A DNA stretch of 61,557 nucleotides, counting the filler. It is 6 parts of 6 records of this genome, joined end to end, with 100 filler letters (N's around TTAATTAATTAA, not from the genome) between each part and the next. Parts side by side here need not be neighbours in the genome. Positions count along the whole stretch, not along the records: positions 34,957 to 43,703 come from SRR31156797_29636; positions 43,804 to 61,557 come from SRR31156797_29665; 4 more parts are not named here. One strand, written 5' to 3'. The translations under genes were made by a program, and so were the position numbers. Positions 40,446 to 52,032 of this stretch are shown here, piece by piece. Under the pieces are notes generated by a model that saw only the letters and a list, made by a program, of their open reading frames with translations, was not told where the DNA came from and made no database searches. Every line of letters begins with the position of its first letter. Within the stretch, counting starts at the first letter, position 1.

Positions 40446-40605
40446 AAAAACAAGCGCATTACAACATCTTGCGGTATCCATGATTCCTCTTTTGACCCTG
40501 TTCCAACATTTCGGGCTATTTTTAATCCCTCCTGCGGTGGTCTGATTCGGCTGAAGGGGCCTATAGATAGTTTCCCCTAAATTCCGAAGAAAGGACGTTG
40601 AAAGA

Positions 40606-42690
40606 ATGAGAGGAAAATCATCGCAGAAGCACCCGATCAAATGGACAAAACAATGGCTACCATTTCTACTTGTCTTCAGCCTTTGGGCAGGTGGTGTATC
40701 GGCCCAGGATCAGGAAAGCAATATTACCGAAAAGGAGGCCGAAGCGGAGGCCGATCTAGGTACATTTAAGGTCTGGGGAACCGAGGTCAGCAGTACCTCC
40801 CTGAGTGAAGGCCAGATCGAAACAAAACAGGCGGATCATCTCAGTGACCTGCTGCGCGACATTCCCGGTGTTGATGTCGGAGGAACCCACTCGATCAACA
40901 ACCGTATTAATATCCGCGGTTTCCAGGATGAAGACTTAGAGATTACGCTTGACGGTGCAAAAGTGCAAAATGCCAATATGTTTCACCACATCGGAAACCT
41001 GCTGATTAATCCCGATATTTTGAAAAGTGCGGACATACAGGTCGGTACCAATTCCGTTGTCCGCGGTTCGCTCGGCGGTGGCGTCACCTTTGAGACCAAG
41101 GACGGCGCTGATCTGCTACGATATGACCAACGTTTTGGTGCCCGTGCTGCCGGTAACTATTACACCAATGACGAGTATGGCGGTTCTCTTTCCGGTTATG
41201 GCAAGATTACCGATCACTCTGACTTTCTTTTGTATTACCGCCATGTCGAAAAGCAAAACTGGACTGATGGTAACGGTAACGAGACCTTTGGCAATGAAGG
41301 AACCATCTACAATGCACTGGCCAAAGTAGCCGCTGATCTGGGAGAGAAACAGCGCATATCGCTCTCTTACGATACGGTGCATGATGAGGGCGACTACTCG
41401 CCGCGCCCCGACTTCGGACGGGAATACAATGAAGCGCGTACCGGGCTATACACCTTTCCAACCGAATATGACCGTCAAACGATTACCCTCAATCATAAGC
41501 TTGACCTTCAGAATGCTATGAATATGACAACGTCGATCTACTATAATGAAAACGAACTGGAGCGTTATGAGAAGCTTGATGGAGAGACCGTCGTACGTCC
41601 CGATTTCAGCGTTCCTCCGGCGTTATGGCCTACCGAGGGTCTGCTTAACGGCAAGGTAATAACGCAGGGTATCAATCTTAAGACCCGTTCCGTTATCGAT
41701 ACGGCAATGATGGTGAATTCATTGACCTATGGCGGGCTTTACGACAAGCAGGAGAGTAAAGTGACCTGGGATAGTGAAAAGTACGGTGAAGATGAAGAGG
41801 CGAAATATCTCGCACTCTTTTTGGAAGATGAGATCTACTTCAATTTTGGCCTGACGCTGACACCCGGGATTCGCTATAACCTTTATGATTTTGACGGTGC
41901 CTATGGAGAGATCGATGATTCCGAATGGACCTACGGTCTGGCCGCAGAGTATGAAATTATTGAAGGGTTGTCACTGCTGGCAAGTACGACGACGCTCTTT
42001 AAAGGCGTAGAGATGGTCGATGTTTTGGCCACGAATCGCACAATTATCGCTGATAATGAAGATCTCAAGTCTGAAACGGGGGTAAACAATCAGGCGGGAA
42101 TTAAATATACCGGGCAAAATCTGCTGGGTACCGACTCACTCAGCTTTACATTTACCTACTTTCAGACGACGATTAATGATTCTATCGTGCAAGAGTACGA
42201 CCACATATATAACGGAGGCACACTGGATATTGAAGGTTTTGAAAGCAGTCTGTATTGCAAAATCGCCAATTTCAGCGGAATTTTGACTTACTCACACTCC
42301 GATTCCGAGTTCGAAGAGACGGGAGATCCGTTGAGCAAACAACCGGGCGACATGCTCACGCTGGGTCTGACCTATTATATCCTGCCGCAGATGATGCTGC
42401 AGTGGGATTCGATCTTTGCATTCGAACAGGATAACGTTCCGACGCAAGGAGATTATACCTATAACGTTAAAGAGGCTTACAATGTTCATGATATTGCCTT
42501 GAACTGGACGCCGGAGGCGCTTCCGGGGGCAACGTTTATTGTCGGAGTCGATAATATCTTTGATGAAGCCTACGTATCGCATATTTCAGAGAACCGCGCG
42601 ATTGCCACTGAATCGGGTGGTGAGCCCAAAAGCACTGCCGACTATGAGCCGGGGCGAAGTTTCAAGTTTACCATCGCCTATGTTTTCTGA
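40606..42690 (+). CDS. TonB-dependent receptor, FetA/FrpB-like iron receptor
   Basis: Signal peptide, LSDLLRDIPGVDVGG, INIRG, LGGGVTFETKD, VDNIFDEAY, EPGRSFKFTIAYVF. Confidence 0.93.
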   Translation: MRGKSSQKHPIKWTKQWLPFLLVFSLWAGGVSAQDQESNITEKEAEAEADLGTFKVWGTEVSSTSLSEGQIETKQADHLSDLLRDIPGVDVGGTHSINNRINIRGFQDEDLEITLDGAKVQNANMFHHIGNLLINPDILKSADIQVGTNSVVRGSLGGGVTFETKDGADLLRYDQRFGARAAGNYYTNDEYGGSLSGYGKITDHSDFLLYYRHVEKQNWTDGNGNETFGNEGTIYNALAKVAADLGEKQRISLSYDTVHDEGDYSPRPDFGREYNEARTGLYTFPTEYDRQTITLNHKLDLQNAMNMTTSIYYNENELERYEKLDGETVVRPDFSVPPALWPTEGLLNGKVITQGINLKTRSVIDTAMMVNSLTYGGLYDKQESKVTWDSEKYGEDEEAKYLALFLEDEIYFNFGLTLTPGIRYNLYDFDGAYGEIDDSEWTYGLAAEYEIIEGLSLLASTTTLFKGVEMVDVLATNRTIIADNEDLKSETGVNNQAGIKYTGQNLLGTDSLSFTFTYFQTTINDSIVQEYDHIYNGGTLDIEGFESSLYCKIANFSGILTYSHSDSEFEETGDPLSKQPGDMLTLGLTYYILPQMMLQWDSIFAFEQDNVPTQGDYTYNVKEAYNVHDIALNWTPEALPGATFIVGVDNIFDEAYVSHISENRAIATESGGEPKSTADYEPGRSFKFTIAYVF

Positions 42691-42700
42691 TTAGACCTTT

Positions 42701-42988
42701 ATGAAACCGGACAGACTTAGAACCCGCGCCATTCCGGCCCTTACCTGGATCAGCGCCCTGTTCGGGGGCCTTATCCTTGCCTACCTGGGTATGATCCTGG
42801 TGGTGGCGTTGACTCCTGCCGCCGCGGCCGAGAAACTCATTGTTCCCATGATCCTGCTACCCGTGGTCTGGTGCGGCGCCGGGGTGTGGATTTTTCACTC
42901 TCCCAGCGGCCGGCATGCCCTGCTGAAAACCGTGATGGCTGTCGCGATCCTGGCGGTACCGGCCCTGGTGCTCTATTTGCGTAGATAA
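42701..42988 (+). CDS. Small three-TM membrane protein of the kind found in TBDR-PepSY operons
   Basis: Three hydrophobic helices; tight spacing between the receptor and the PepSY-TM gene. Confidence 0.6.
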   Translation: MKPDRLRTRAIPALTWISALFGGLILAYLGMILVVALTPAAAAEKLIVPMILLPVVWCGAGVWIFHSPSGRHALLKTVMAVAILAVPALVLYLRR

Positions 42989-42991
42989 CCG

Positions 42992-43703
42992 ATGAACCGA
43001 TCCCAAACGCGCATCATCTTATTTCATACCCATGCCGGAATCGGCGTTGTGGTGGCGGCCTTTTTTTACATTGCGCTTTTTTTCGGCTGTATCAGCATGC
43101 TCAGTCCATACATCGGTATCTGGGAGAAACGTTCACGCACCTTTGTTGCCCCACCGCGCGAGTCGATCGACCTGGACGCCGTCATCCTTCCCGAGCTTTC
43201 CGGCGGCGATTGGCCGGCTGAGGGCATTGTGGTAACCCTGCCCAGCAGAAGGGATCCGGCGCTTTCCATCGGGCATCGCTTTGCCGTCCCTGTTTACCTG
43301 AACCCCGCAACAGGAGCCGTCCTGGAGGATGAAGGCCGGGGCCTTAAGCAGTTTTTCGTGGACCTGCACTGGGGTCGGGTGTTGGGCCGCACGGGGGTCT
43401 ATATTATGGGCTTTGGTGCGGTCGGCGTGCTGTTTCTTAGCATCAACGGCTGGTGGCTGGTTTTTACGCACCGGGCCTATTCGGTTTCCCTGTGGCGGTG
43501 GCGTCCCTCGGCATGGCTTCGATGGCATCGCAAATTGACCCAATGGCTGTTTCCCGCACTGCTGATTCTGGCCCTTAGCTCGGCCTTTATCGGTGTCATG
43601 TTTACCCTGGGCAAAGGGCTCGCCTATGTGGCCAGCAACGGGACGACGGCAAGCACCCACGCCATCCTTGGCCCAGTGGTGTTTCCCAAAAAGAAGACCC
43701 TTT
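42992..43703 (+). CDS. PepSY-associated TM helix protein (putative ferric reductase), cut by contig end
   Basis: FHTHAGI, YLNPATG, FFVDLHW, WHRKL. Confidence 0.85.
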
Positions 43704-43803
43704 NNNNNNNNNNNNNNNNNNNNNNNNNNNNNNNNNNNNNNNNNNNNTTAATTAATTAANNNNNNNNNNNNNNNNNNNNNNNNNNNNNNNNNNNNNNNNN
43801 NNN
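43704..43803. other. Artificial contig spacer
   Basis: N44-TTAATTAATTAA-N44. Confidence 0.99.
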
Positions 43804-44429
43804 CCGAACCTGTTTCCAAGTATTGGGTATCCGCTTTCAATATCTATTGCCATTCCTTTTACGGTATTGATTGCAACAACAGCATCTGCACCACCTCTTT
43901 GCGCGGCTTCTCCTATTGATACGATGTCTGTTACATTTGGTGTAAGTTTTACCCAGACCGGTATGTCAACAGCATCCTTTACGGCAGTTGTGATACTCTC
44001 AACTGCATCCGGATTGCTTCCGACGGATGCACCGTATCCTAATGCATGGGGGCAGCTTACATTCAACTCGAATGCATCTGGTTTCGACTCAAGAAGTCCC
44101 TGTGCTACAGCCACAAATTCTTCTTCTGTTCCACCAAATATACTTGCAATCACCGGGGTACCGGATTCTTTCTTTGCAATTGCAAGTTCATTCTTAAAAT
44201 CAGGGTAAGATGGATTCGGTAAACCCATGGCATTCAGGAATCCGTATCCTCCAAGATCTATCATGCTCGGATTCTTATGGCCTTCCTTGGGCTCGGGACC
44301 AATGGACTTGGTAACAACAGCACCGGCTCCTTCCTTTGCAACACGGACAAGGGATGCACCTGTGGTGCCCATGATTCCGGCGGCCAGTATTGTGGGATTC
44401 TCAAGTTCAATTCCGGTAATCTTAATCAT
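43804..44429 (-). CDS. pyrD: Dihydroorotate dehydrogenase family 1 catalytic subunit, 3' end cut
   Basis: NPTILAAG, VVTKS, LNAMGLPN, ELNVSCPH, VKLTPNV, AINTVKG. Confidence 0.93.
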
Positions 44430-45369
44430 ATTGTCCCTGCACCTCTTCGGCTGTTCCTGCGCTCAGCTGGCAGACTGCCCTCTGCACAAGTTCCTTGCCA
44501 CCCATTTGAACAAGGGCTTCTGCAAGTATCTTCGCATGGTACTGGTAATTCTCTGCAGGGATTATCTCGTCTATGAGTACATGTTCTGTACCATCCAGTG
44601 CCAGTACCTCGCAGCGTATGCTGATCTCATCTTCATTGATGAACTGTGCAAAGGAGCCAATTGGTGCTGTACAACCTCCTTCCACGTCCGCTGTGACAAT
44701 GCGCTCGATCTGTGTTTCGATCCTTGTCTGCTGGTGGTCGAGGTTGGATGTAACCTCTTCTGCCTCGGTTCCGGCAGGAGTGACAACTGCTATGGTTCCC
44801 TGGTTTGCTGAAGGGCAGAAATGTTGCGGGTCAAGACGATCGACATCCAGTTCCCATCCCATTCTCTGAAGACCTGCCTCCGCGAGCAATATACCGTCAT
44901 AAAGTCCCTCTTCAAGTTTTCTTATTCTTGTATTGATATTTCCCCTGAGGTCCTGAACATGAAGATCCGGTCTGTATCTGAGAATCTGGGCTCTTCTGCG
45001 CATGGATGTTGTTCCAAGTACTGCTCCTTCAGGGAGATCGTCCATCTTTGAACCATCTGTGGTAAGCAGAACATCGTATGGTGAATCACGCTTGAGCACC
45101 GCGGATATTGTGAGTTCTTCCGGACGGACGGTTGGCAGGTCCTTCATGGAGTGGACCGAGATGTCAATCTCACCAGCAAGCATCCTGTCATCCAGTTCTC
45201 TTACAAATGCTCCGACACCTGCCACTTCGTGCAAAGGCCTGTCTGTAAAGGTGTCACCAGATGTCTTTATTATTTTCCTGGTAGTGTCAACTCCCAGCTC
45301 GGACAGAAGGCCTTCTATGGTCGTTGTCTGTGCAAGGGCCAATGCACTTCCGCGGGTTCCTATTATCAT
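44422..45369 (-). CDS. hemC: Hydroxymethylbilane synthase
   Basis: IGTRGSALALAQ, VHSMKDLP, GTTSMRR, LRGNINTR, EGGCTAPIG. Confidence 0.97.
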   Translation of the reverse strand: MIIGTRGSALALAQTTTIEGLLSELGVDTTRKIIKTSGDTFTDRPLHEVAGVGAFVRELDDRMLAGEIDISVHSMKDLPTVRPEELTISAVLKRDSPYDVLLTTDGSKMDDLPEGAVLGTTSMRRRAQILRYRPDLHVQDLRGNINTRIRKLEEGLYDGILLAEAGLQRMGWELDVDRLDPQHFCPSANQGTIAVVTPAGTEAEEVTSNLDHQQTRIETQIERIVTADVEGGCTAPIGSFAQFINEDEISIRCEVLALDGTEHVLIDEIIPAENYQYHAKILAEALVQMGGKELVQRAVCQLSAGTAEEVQGQYD

Positions 45370-45406
45370 GTGAGTTCACCGGTTATTCGTAATTTTATCT
45401 GCAATC

Positions 45407-46672
45407 TTACTTGAGATTTGTTTCGTATGCAGAGAGTGTTTTCTCTCTATCTTCTTCAGTGTGTGCAGTGGAGAGGAAATTTGTCTCGAACTGTGATGGT
45501 GGCAGGAAAATACCACTATCAAGCATCTTGAAGAAGAATTTCAGGTATCCTTCCTTGTCACACTTCAATGCTTCCTGATAGTTCAGTGGCTTGTCCCCGA
45601 AGAAAACCATGAACATGGATGCAAGTCCTGAAACAGTGTAGTCAAGTCCAAGATCTGTTACTATCTCTGTAAGTCTTGATCTGAATGCATCTCCTGTGGC
45701 ATTGAGCTTCTTGTGCACTTCTTCTTTTTCCAGAACATCAAGTACTGCAAGACCAGCTGCAACCGATGAAGGACTTCCGCTGTATGTGCCTGCCTGGTAG
45801 ACAGAACCGGATGGAGCTATCATCTCAATGATCTCTTTCTTTCCACCGAATACTCCAATTGGCAGACCGCCGCCTATGATCTTTCCAAGTGTTGTCATGT
45901 CAGGTGTAACGCCGTAGTATTCCTGGGCTCCGCCCATTGCAAGCCTGAAACCAGTGATGACTTCATCGAATATGAGTACGATGTCGTTCTCTTCTGTGAC
46001 CTTGCGTACTTCCTCAAGATATCCTTTCTCCGGAAGTATAGGTCCGATGTTGCCCATTACAGGTTCCATGATGAGTGCAGCTACTTCGTCATCATTCTTC
46101 TCAATGACTGCTGTGAGTGCTTCAATGTCGTTAAATGGAGTCTGGAGTGTATGTTTTGTGAAATCTGCAGGGATTCCGAGCGAGTCCGGTTTTCCAAGTG
46201 TGGTGGCACCTGAGCCTGCCTGTACGAGTACGGCATCATGTGCACCGTGGAATCCGCCTTCTATCTTGATGAATTTGTCCTTGCCTGTAAATCCCCTGGC
46301 TGCGCGTATGGCGCTCATTGTAGCTTCAGTACCGGTTGAGACGAATCTGAGCATGTCGATGCCCGGGTATATGTCTGCAATCCTGCTTGCAAGGTTCACT
46401 TCAAGATCAGTTGGTGTGCCGTATAACCATCCTTTGTCAAGTTGTTTGACGATTGCTTCTTTGATGGATGGGTTTGCATGTCCCAGTATGTTAGGACCGT
46501 ATGCAAGACAGTAATCTATGTACTCATTACCATCAGCATCAGTGATCTTTGAACCATTTGCAGATTCAGTGTAGAATGGGTATGGTTTGATGGCTCTTAC
46601 TGGACTGCTAACTCCGCCTGGCAGGAGTTTACTTGCTTTTTTGTATAATTCTCTGGACTTATCTAATGACAT
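45407..46672 (-). CDS. hemL: Glutamate-1-semialdehyde 2,1-aminomutase
   Basis: [43 protein letters not shown]. Confidence 0.97.
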   Translation of the reverse strand: MSLDKSRELYKKASKLLPGGVSSPVRAIKPYPFYTESANGSKITDADGNEYIDYCLAYGPNILGHANPSIKEAIVKQLDKGWLYGTPTDLEVNLASRIADIYPGIDMLRFVSTGTEATMSAIRAARGFTGKDKFIKIEGGFHGAHDAVLVQAGSGATTLGKPDSLGIPADFTKHTLQTPFNDIEALTAVIEKNDDEVAALIMEPVMGNIGPILPEKGYLEEVRKVTEENDIVLIFDEVITGFRLAMGGAQEYYGVTPDMTTLGKIIGGGLPIGVFGGKKEIIEMIAPSGSVYQAGTYSGSPSSVAAGLAVLDVLEKEEVHKKLNATGDAFRSRLTEIVTDLGLDYTVSGLASMFMVFFGDKPLNYQEALKCDKEGYLKFFFKMLDSGIFLPPSQFETNFLSTAHTEEDREKTLSAYETNLK

Positions 46673-46685
46673 AAGAACACCTTAA

Positions 46686-47660
46686 TTATTTTAACATCCG
46701 TGCCATTTCCTTGGCAAAATAGGTAATTATCATATCTGCGCCTGCACGTTTTATTGACATAAGTGATTCGTGCATGACCTGCTTCTCATCGAGCCAGCCG
46801 TTCTGCGCAGCTGCCTTGAGCATGGCGTACTCGCCACTGACATTGTATGCTGCGGTTGGCATCTCGAATTCGGTCTTGAGGCGGTATATTATATCCAAAT
46901 ATGGAAGTGCCGGTTTGACCATTATTATGTCTGCTCCCTCTTCGATATCAAGGGCTGTTTCCATGAGCGCCTCATCGGAGTTTGCAGGGTCCATCTGGTG
47001 TGTTGACCTGTCTCCGAAGCAGCATCCGGAACCCGCTGCATCCCTGAATGGTCCGTAGAATGCAGAGGAATACTTTGCAGCATAGGACATTATGGGTATA
47101 TTGTGGAAATTGTTCTCATCAAGTGCACTGCGTATAGCACCTATCATGCCGTCCATCATTCCCGATGGTGCAACCATGTCGGCCCCTGCTTTTGCGTGGC
47201 TTACAGCTGTCTTTCCGAGTAACGGAAGTGTAGGGTCATTCATGATTTCCTCTGTATCATGGTTGACCATTCCGCAGTGTCCGTGGCTGGTGTATTCGCA
47301 AAGGCATACGTCGGTTATCACCATCATGTCCTTGCCAAGCTCAGCTTTGATCTCCCGCACTGCCTGCTGAACCACATCGTCGTCTCCCCATGCAGTGCTT
47401 CCCTTCTCATCCTTTGTTTCAGGGATTCCGAAGAGTATCATGGCAGGTATGCCAAGATCAGCTGCTTCCTTTGCGTCATCTGCTACCATGTCAACGGGCA
47501 TGTTGAAAACGCCTGGCATGGACGAAACTTCCTGTGGGGAATCTATTGTCTCGTTGACAAATACCGGATATATCAGGTCATTGGCGGACAGTGTTGTCTC
47601 ACGCACCATGTCTTTGATCTTGCCGCTTCTCAGCCTTCTCATTCTGCGTTCGGGGAACAT
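46686..47660 (-). CDS. hemB: Porphobilinogen synthase, Zn-dependent
   Basis: [41 protein letters not shown]. Confidence 0.98.
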   Translation of the reverse strand: MFPERRMRRLRSGKIKDMVRETTLSANDLIYPVFVNETIDSPQEVSSMPGVFNMPVDMVADDAKEAADLGIPAMILFGIPETKDEKGSTAWGDDDVVQQAVREIKAELGKDMMVITDVCLCEYTSHGHCGMVNHDTEEIMNDPTLPLLGKTAVSHAKAGADMVAPSGMMDGMIGAIRSALDENNFHNIPIMSYAAKYSSAFYGPFRDAAGSGCCFGDRSTHQMDPANSDEALMETALDIEEGADIIMVKPALPYLDIIYRLKTEFEMPTAAYNVSGEYAMLKAAAQNGWLDEKQVMHESLMSIKRAGADMIITYFAKEMARMLK

Positions 47661-48937
47661 TTTACCAGCTCATTCTTTTCTTTTTCAATGGATCTGTCAA
47701 CGTTAAATACTCTGGCAACGGACTCAAGGAGCTCATCGTCACCGATTTCTGCTGCATATCTCAGCACCTTGGTTGGCTCTGCCAGCATCTTATTGATTAT
47801 CGAATGTGTGAGATCCTCTATGATCTTCTTCTCTGTCTCACCAATTGTATGATAGGCACTTAATCTTGTGACCGCTTTTTCCTTTTCGTTCACACGAAGT
47901 TTGTATGACTGGGCGTATAGTTCGGAAACAAGGCTGTCTGCTCTTTGTCTTTTGTACTGTTTGATTAGCAGTCCGAACTCCTCGTTGATGATGGCCTGTG
48001 CCTTCTTTGCTTCTTCCATTCTCATCTCGAGGTTCTTTTCGTTGATTACTCTCAGGTTGTCTATATTATGTAGTGTGACGTGAGGTATACTTGTGATGGA
48101 AGGATCGATATCTCTTGGATTGGCTATATCTATCAGCAGGAGTTCCTTTTCCCTGAGACTCATTGCTTTTTCTATCTGTTCATATTTCAGGACGAAATGC
48201 GGGGCACCGGTGGCACTGATGACAACATCGGCCCTCCTGAGATTTTCTTCTATCTGGTCGAAGTGGACTGCATGCCCTCCCATTTCCTCGGCAAGCTCAT
48301 GTGCGGTCTCATAGGTCCTGTTGGCTATATACATCAACTCGATTTCTCTGTGTGAGAGTGCACGTGTGACAAGTGTACCCATTTCCCCGGTACCTATGAC
48401 AAGCACCATTTTGTCCTTGAGGTTACCTATCGTGTGTTCTGCAAGGTCAACGGATGCCGATGCAATGGAAAGTGCACCACGGTTAATTTCTGTCTCGGTC
48501 CTTACACGTTTTCCTACCTGGATAGCTTTGCTGAATGTGGTATCCAGCATTCTTCCGGTTACTCCGAGTTTCTTAGCAACAAGATAGAGGTCCTTTATCT
48601 GCCCGAGTATCTGGTCTTCTCCTATTATCATGGATTCAAGGCCGGATGCCAGTCTTAACAGATGCATGATTGATTCTTCATGCTCGAAAAAATCCACTAT
48701 ATTGGAAGATAGTCCCATTTTCTTTGCGAATTGGAACAGGACAGTACTTCCCTTTGGTGAGACTATGTATATCTCCACACGGTTGCATGTCTTCATTACA
48801 ACGCATTCACAGACCAGTTCATTAGAATGCAGGTCCAGAAGCATCTTTTCGATGTCTCCTTCCCACGCTTCCTCGATCTCCTCTACAGTTGCTTTGGAAT
48901 GGGTGATCACCATACTGGTTATCTCGGTCATGGGCAC
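47639..48937 (-). CDS. hemA: Glutamyl-tRNA reductase
   Basis: [39 protein letters not shown]. Confidence 0.97.
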   Translation of the reverse strand: MPMTEITSMVITHSKATVEEIEEAWEGDIEKMLLDLHSNELVCECVVMKTCNRVEIYIVSPKGSTVLFQFAKKMGLSSNIVDFFEHEESIMHLLRLASGLESMIIGEDQILGQIKDLYLVAKKLGVTGRMLDTTFSKAIQVGKRVRTETEINRGALSIASASVDLAEHTIGNLKDKMVLVIGTGEMGTLVTRALSHREIELMYIANRTYETAHELAEEMGGHAVHFDQIEENLRRADVVISATGAPHFVLKYEQIEKAMSLREKELLLIDIANPRDIDPSITSIPHVTLHNIDNLRVINEKNLEMRMEEAKKAQAIINEEFGLLIKQYKRQRADSLVSELYAQSYKLRVNEKEKAVTRLSAYHTIGETEKKIIEDLTHSIINKMLAEPTKVLRYAAEIGDDELLESVARVFNVDRSIEKEKNELVKCSPNAE

Positions 48938-48983
48938 CTCTTATAATGTGTATATCCTGAATGGAAGTGGCTACGGTACATGT

Positions 48984-49658
48984 TCATCTGACTTTCTCGT
49001 TTATTTTCTTCCTTACTATACCTTGTGCTATCTTAAACCCTTTTTCATAGGATTCTTCAAGCCCGCCCCACACTTCTTTGCTTTCCAGGACGTCCCACAA
49101 TATATCTTTCCTGTCTCTCTGGTAAGGGACTTCATTTTTCAGATATGTTCTCATCTCGTCCTGTATTCGTATCATGTCTGCAAATTCAGGAGTGATGATC
49201 TTCTCTACCTGCTGTCTTGTGAACCTGGAAAATGCAGGGCTTGATCCGGTGGTTGATATGCTAATGGTAAGGTTTCCTCGCTTGATTACAGCAGGAACTG
49301 TTACGTCCCCAATGGCATCTACCTCATTTGTGAGGATGCCGAAAGCCTTTGAAAGCTGTACGATTCTCACGTTGATCGTCCTGTCATTGGTTGCAGGTAT
49401 CACAAGGAACGCATCTTTAATGATTCCCTTGATGGTATCATCAGTCAGCTTTCCAGCATCGGCTTCTATAAGCTTGATACCGTTCTTACGCTCAAGTTCA
49501 AAAAAGACATCGGAAAAACTGCGGCTGACAACAGTCACCTCAGCATGTTCTGAGAACAGGTTGGCTTTCCTTTCTCCAACTGACCCACTTCCAAAGATGA
49601 CGACCTTCTTGTCGCTCATATCTATCAGCAGTGGCAGGAAGTGGTTCTTGTCTTTCAT
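48984..49658 (-). CDS. sirC: Precorrin-2 dehydrogenase (SirC/CysG N-terminal family)
   Basis: VVIFGSGSVGERK, ATND, ISISTTGSSPA. Confidence 0.9.
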   Translation of the reverse strand: MKDKNHFLPLLIDMSDKKVVIFGSGSVGERKANLFSEHAEVTVVSRSFSDVFFELERKNGIKLIEADAGKLTDDTIKGIIKDAFLVIPATNDRTINVRIVQLSKAFGILTNEVDAIGDVTVPAVIKRGNLTISISTTGSSPAFSRFTRQQVEKIITPEFADMIRIQDEMRTYLKNEVPYQRDRKDILWDVLESKEVWGGLEESYEKGFKIAQGIVRKKINEKVR

Positions 49659-49718
49659 ATCTCCATCTCCGGGAATATCAGCCTTCTGCTTTTTCAGGAA
49701 ATTAGTTAAAGATTGCGA

Positions 49719-50186
49719 TTACAATCTAACTCCAGTTTTCTTGAATTCCCTGTCACTAAAAAGAAGTTTATAATCATTAATACCTGTTGCCTCTGATATC
49801 CTTGCTGCAACTTCCTCACAATCTCTCTTTGTGTATGAATGCACCATGGTAAAAAGGTTGTAATCCCATCCCGGGGCCCTGGGTCTTTCATAGCAGTGTG
49901 TGACCTCTGAAAAGTCTGCCATTTTGTTCCCTACTTTTTCTGTCCTTTCGTCAGGTACGTTCCAGACGCACATTGCATTTGCCACAATTCCTATATCCCG
50001 ATGTCCTATGGATGCACCGAACCTGCGAATGGCTTCCTTTTCCTGTAGTTTTTTAAGGCGTTCGATTATTTCCTGCTCACTGATACCAAGTTCACTGGCG
50101 ATATCTGCAAAGGGTGATTTTTTGATAGGGATGCCGTTTTGTGTTGTTTTTATTATTTTCTCATCAATGTCATCCATAATTATCAC
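49719..50186 (-). CDS. ahbB: Siroheme decarboxylase subunit beta
   Basis: Lrp-like fold, IRRFGASIGH, VTHCYERP, WDYNLFTMVH, EFKKTGVRL. Confidence 0.92.
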   Translation of the reverse strand: MIIMDDIDEKIIKTTQNGIPIKKSPFADIASELGISEQEIIERLKKLQEKEAIRRFGASIGHRDIGIVANAMCVWNVPDERTEKVGNKMADFSEVTHCYERPRAPGWDYNLFTMVHSYTKRDCEEVAARISEATGINDYKLLFSDREFKKTGVRL

Positions 50187-50651
50187 CTATTTAATATTGA
50201 ACCTGACTCCTATCTTGAACAGTTTTTTTGTGGGAAGGTCTACAAAATCAAGTCCTGTCTTTTCCACAAGCTCTTCCAGTATAGTATCAATTCTTTTCCG
50301 GTCTGGTGCGGAAATAGTAAACCAGACATTGAATTTTTCAGGTCGATGGTAGTTGTGAGATACTTCATGATATTCGTTGATGTGGCCTGCGACTTCATCG
50401 ACTTCCTCCTCAGGGACTGTAACGGCTACCAGGGTGCTTGTTCCGCCCACTCCCTTGCGATTGATGATGGGTCCTATTTTTCTGACCGCACCCTCATTAT
50501 GCAGTCTGTCAAGCCTTTCTATCACTTCATCTTCACTGATACCCAGGTTTTCACCCAGTTTTTTATATGGTTCTGTTTCCAGGGGAAAGTCAAACTGAAT
50601 TGTGTTGAGTATCTTTTTATCCATGTCATCAAGAAATATCATTTGAATCAC
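50187..50651 (-). CDS. ahbA: Siroheme decarboxylase subunit alpha
   Basis: IQFDFPL..EPY, VSHNYHR, FNVWFT, FKIGVRF. Confidence 0.92.
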   Translation of the reverse strand: MIQMIFLDDMDKKILNTIQFDFPLETEPYKKLGENLGISEDEVIERLDRLHNEGAVRKIGPIINRKGVGGTSTLVAVTVPEEEVDEVAGHINEYHEVSHNYHRPEKFNVWFTISAPDRKRIDTILEELVEKTGLDFVDLPTKKLFKIGVRFNIK

Positions 50652-51694
50652 TGTTTTTTGGGTACATATATGCAGTATGGTTCTTCTTCAAGGTAGTCTC
50701 CTGTGGCAGCGTAAGCACGGGCACGACATCCTCCGCATACTGTATTATATTCGCATATTCCACATTTTCCTTTGAGTTTTGAAACATCACGAAGGTCATT
50801 GAATACCTTTGAGTTTTCCCAGATATCTTTAAAGCTTTTTTCTTTTATATTTCCGGCAAGTGCAGGCAGGTAACCACAGGGAAAAACCTCTCCTATACTT
50901 GATACAAAACAAAATCCAGTTCCACCAAGGCATCCTTTTGTCATTGCTTCATAGCCATGTGTCTTGACGCTGATCTCAATGCCTTCCTTTTTTGCCCTCT
51001 GCCGCATAATCCTGAAATAATGCGGTGCACAGGTGGCTTTGAGTTGAATGCCTGCATCCTTCTGTTTGTCGTAGAACCAGTTAAGTATTCTTTCATATTC
51101 TACAGGGGGTATTTCCTCATTTTCAAGTTCTTTTCCCCTGCCTGTGGGGACTAGGAGGAAAATATGCAGTGCATCTGCGTCAAGTTCCTTTGCCATGTCA
51201 AGTATTGCGGGAATCTCGTCGATGGTACGTTTTGTGATGGTTGGATTAATCTGGAAGCCTATTCCTGCATCTTTAAGGTTTTCAATTCCTGTCATTGCAC
51301 CTTCAAAAGCTCCGGGCATGCATCGGAAATCATCGTGTGTCTGTGGGCTCGAACCATCGAGACTGATACTGACTCTCTGTATACCTGCGCTTTTCATCTT
51401 CTCTGCCATTTCAGGAGTTACTAATGTGCCGTTAGTTGCCATAGCAACACGCAGGCCTTTTTGCGCAGCGTACTTTGCAATTTCAAAGATGTCATCCCTG
51501 ACAAGAGGTTCCCCTCCACTGAGTATCAGTATGGGGTTTCCCATGTCACATATGTCGTCAATAAAATGAAAAGCTTCTTCAGTTGTAAGTTCGCCTTCGG
51601 GTTTTTTCTCAGTGGATGATCCTCTGCAGTGTTTGCATGAAAGGTTACATCCTGCTGTTGTTTCCCAGGCTATGAGTCTTGGAGGTTTTACCAT
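50648..51694 (-). CDS. ahbD: Heme b synthase, radical SAM
   Basis: PRLIAWETTAGCNLSCKHCR, KATCAPHYFR, SPASM cysteines; heads ahbA-ahbB-sirC-hem. Confidence 0.93.
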   Translation of the reverse strand: MVKPPRLIAWETTAGCNLSCKHCRGSSTEKKPEGELTTEEAFHFIDDICDMGNPILILSGGEPLVRDDIFEIAKYAAQKGLRVAMATNGTLVTPEMAEKMKSAGIQRVSISLDGSSPQTHDDFRCMPGAFEGAMTGIENLKDAGIGFQINPTITKRTIDEIPAILDMAKELDADALHIFLLVPTGRGKELENEEIPPVEYERILNWFYDKQKDAGIQLKATCAPHYFRIMRQRAKKEGIEISVKTHGYEAMTKGCLGGTGFCFVSSIGEVFPCGYLPALAGNIKEKSFKDIWENSKVFNDLRDVSKLKGKCGICEYNTVCGGCRARAYAATGDYLEEEPYCIYVPKKQ

Positions 51695-52032
51695 AATTGA
51701 TCATGAGGTTTATTTGTTCGTATGTTTACCTATATATAGTATGGAACTATACTACTGCACACCCATATTAATACTTGATTATCAGGTAAGGCCATCCACT
51801 ATATGCATTGGTTCTTCCGTCTTTGTTTATTGCTATAGGTTCCGTCTTAATACTAATGACGGGCAAAGGTAAACCTGATATAGAGGTGATTCTTTATAGG
51901 CGCACTAGAAATTGCATTCTTGGTTACGTGGATTGCACTGTCAATATATATTGTATATCTGTTACATTCCCGCAAAGGACTAATGCGGCAATATTGCAGA
52001 ATGGCAAAATAATTTCACAATGGAGTGTTCTT

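Noticed and set aside
51808-52032. Long N-terminal extensions in the ORF track (ccmE; likewise lspA, rsmG, ahaK, ahaE)
   Set aside because: Downstream starts fit family lengths better and mostly have RBS support; the extensions are open frame by chance.
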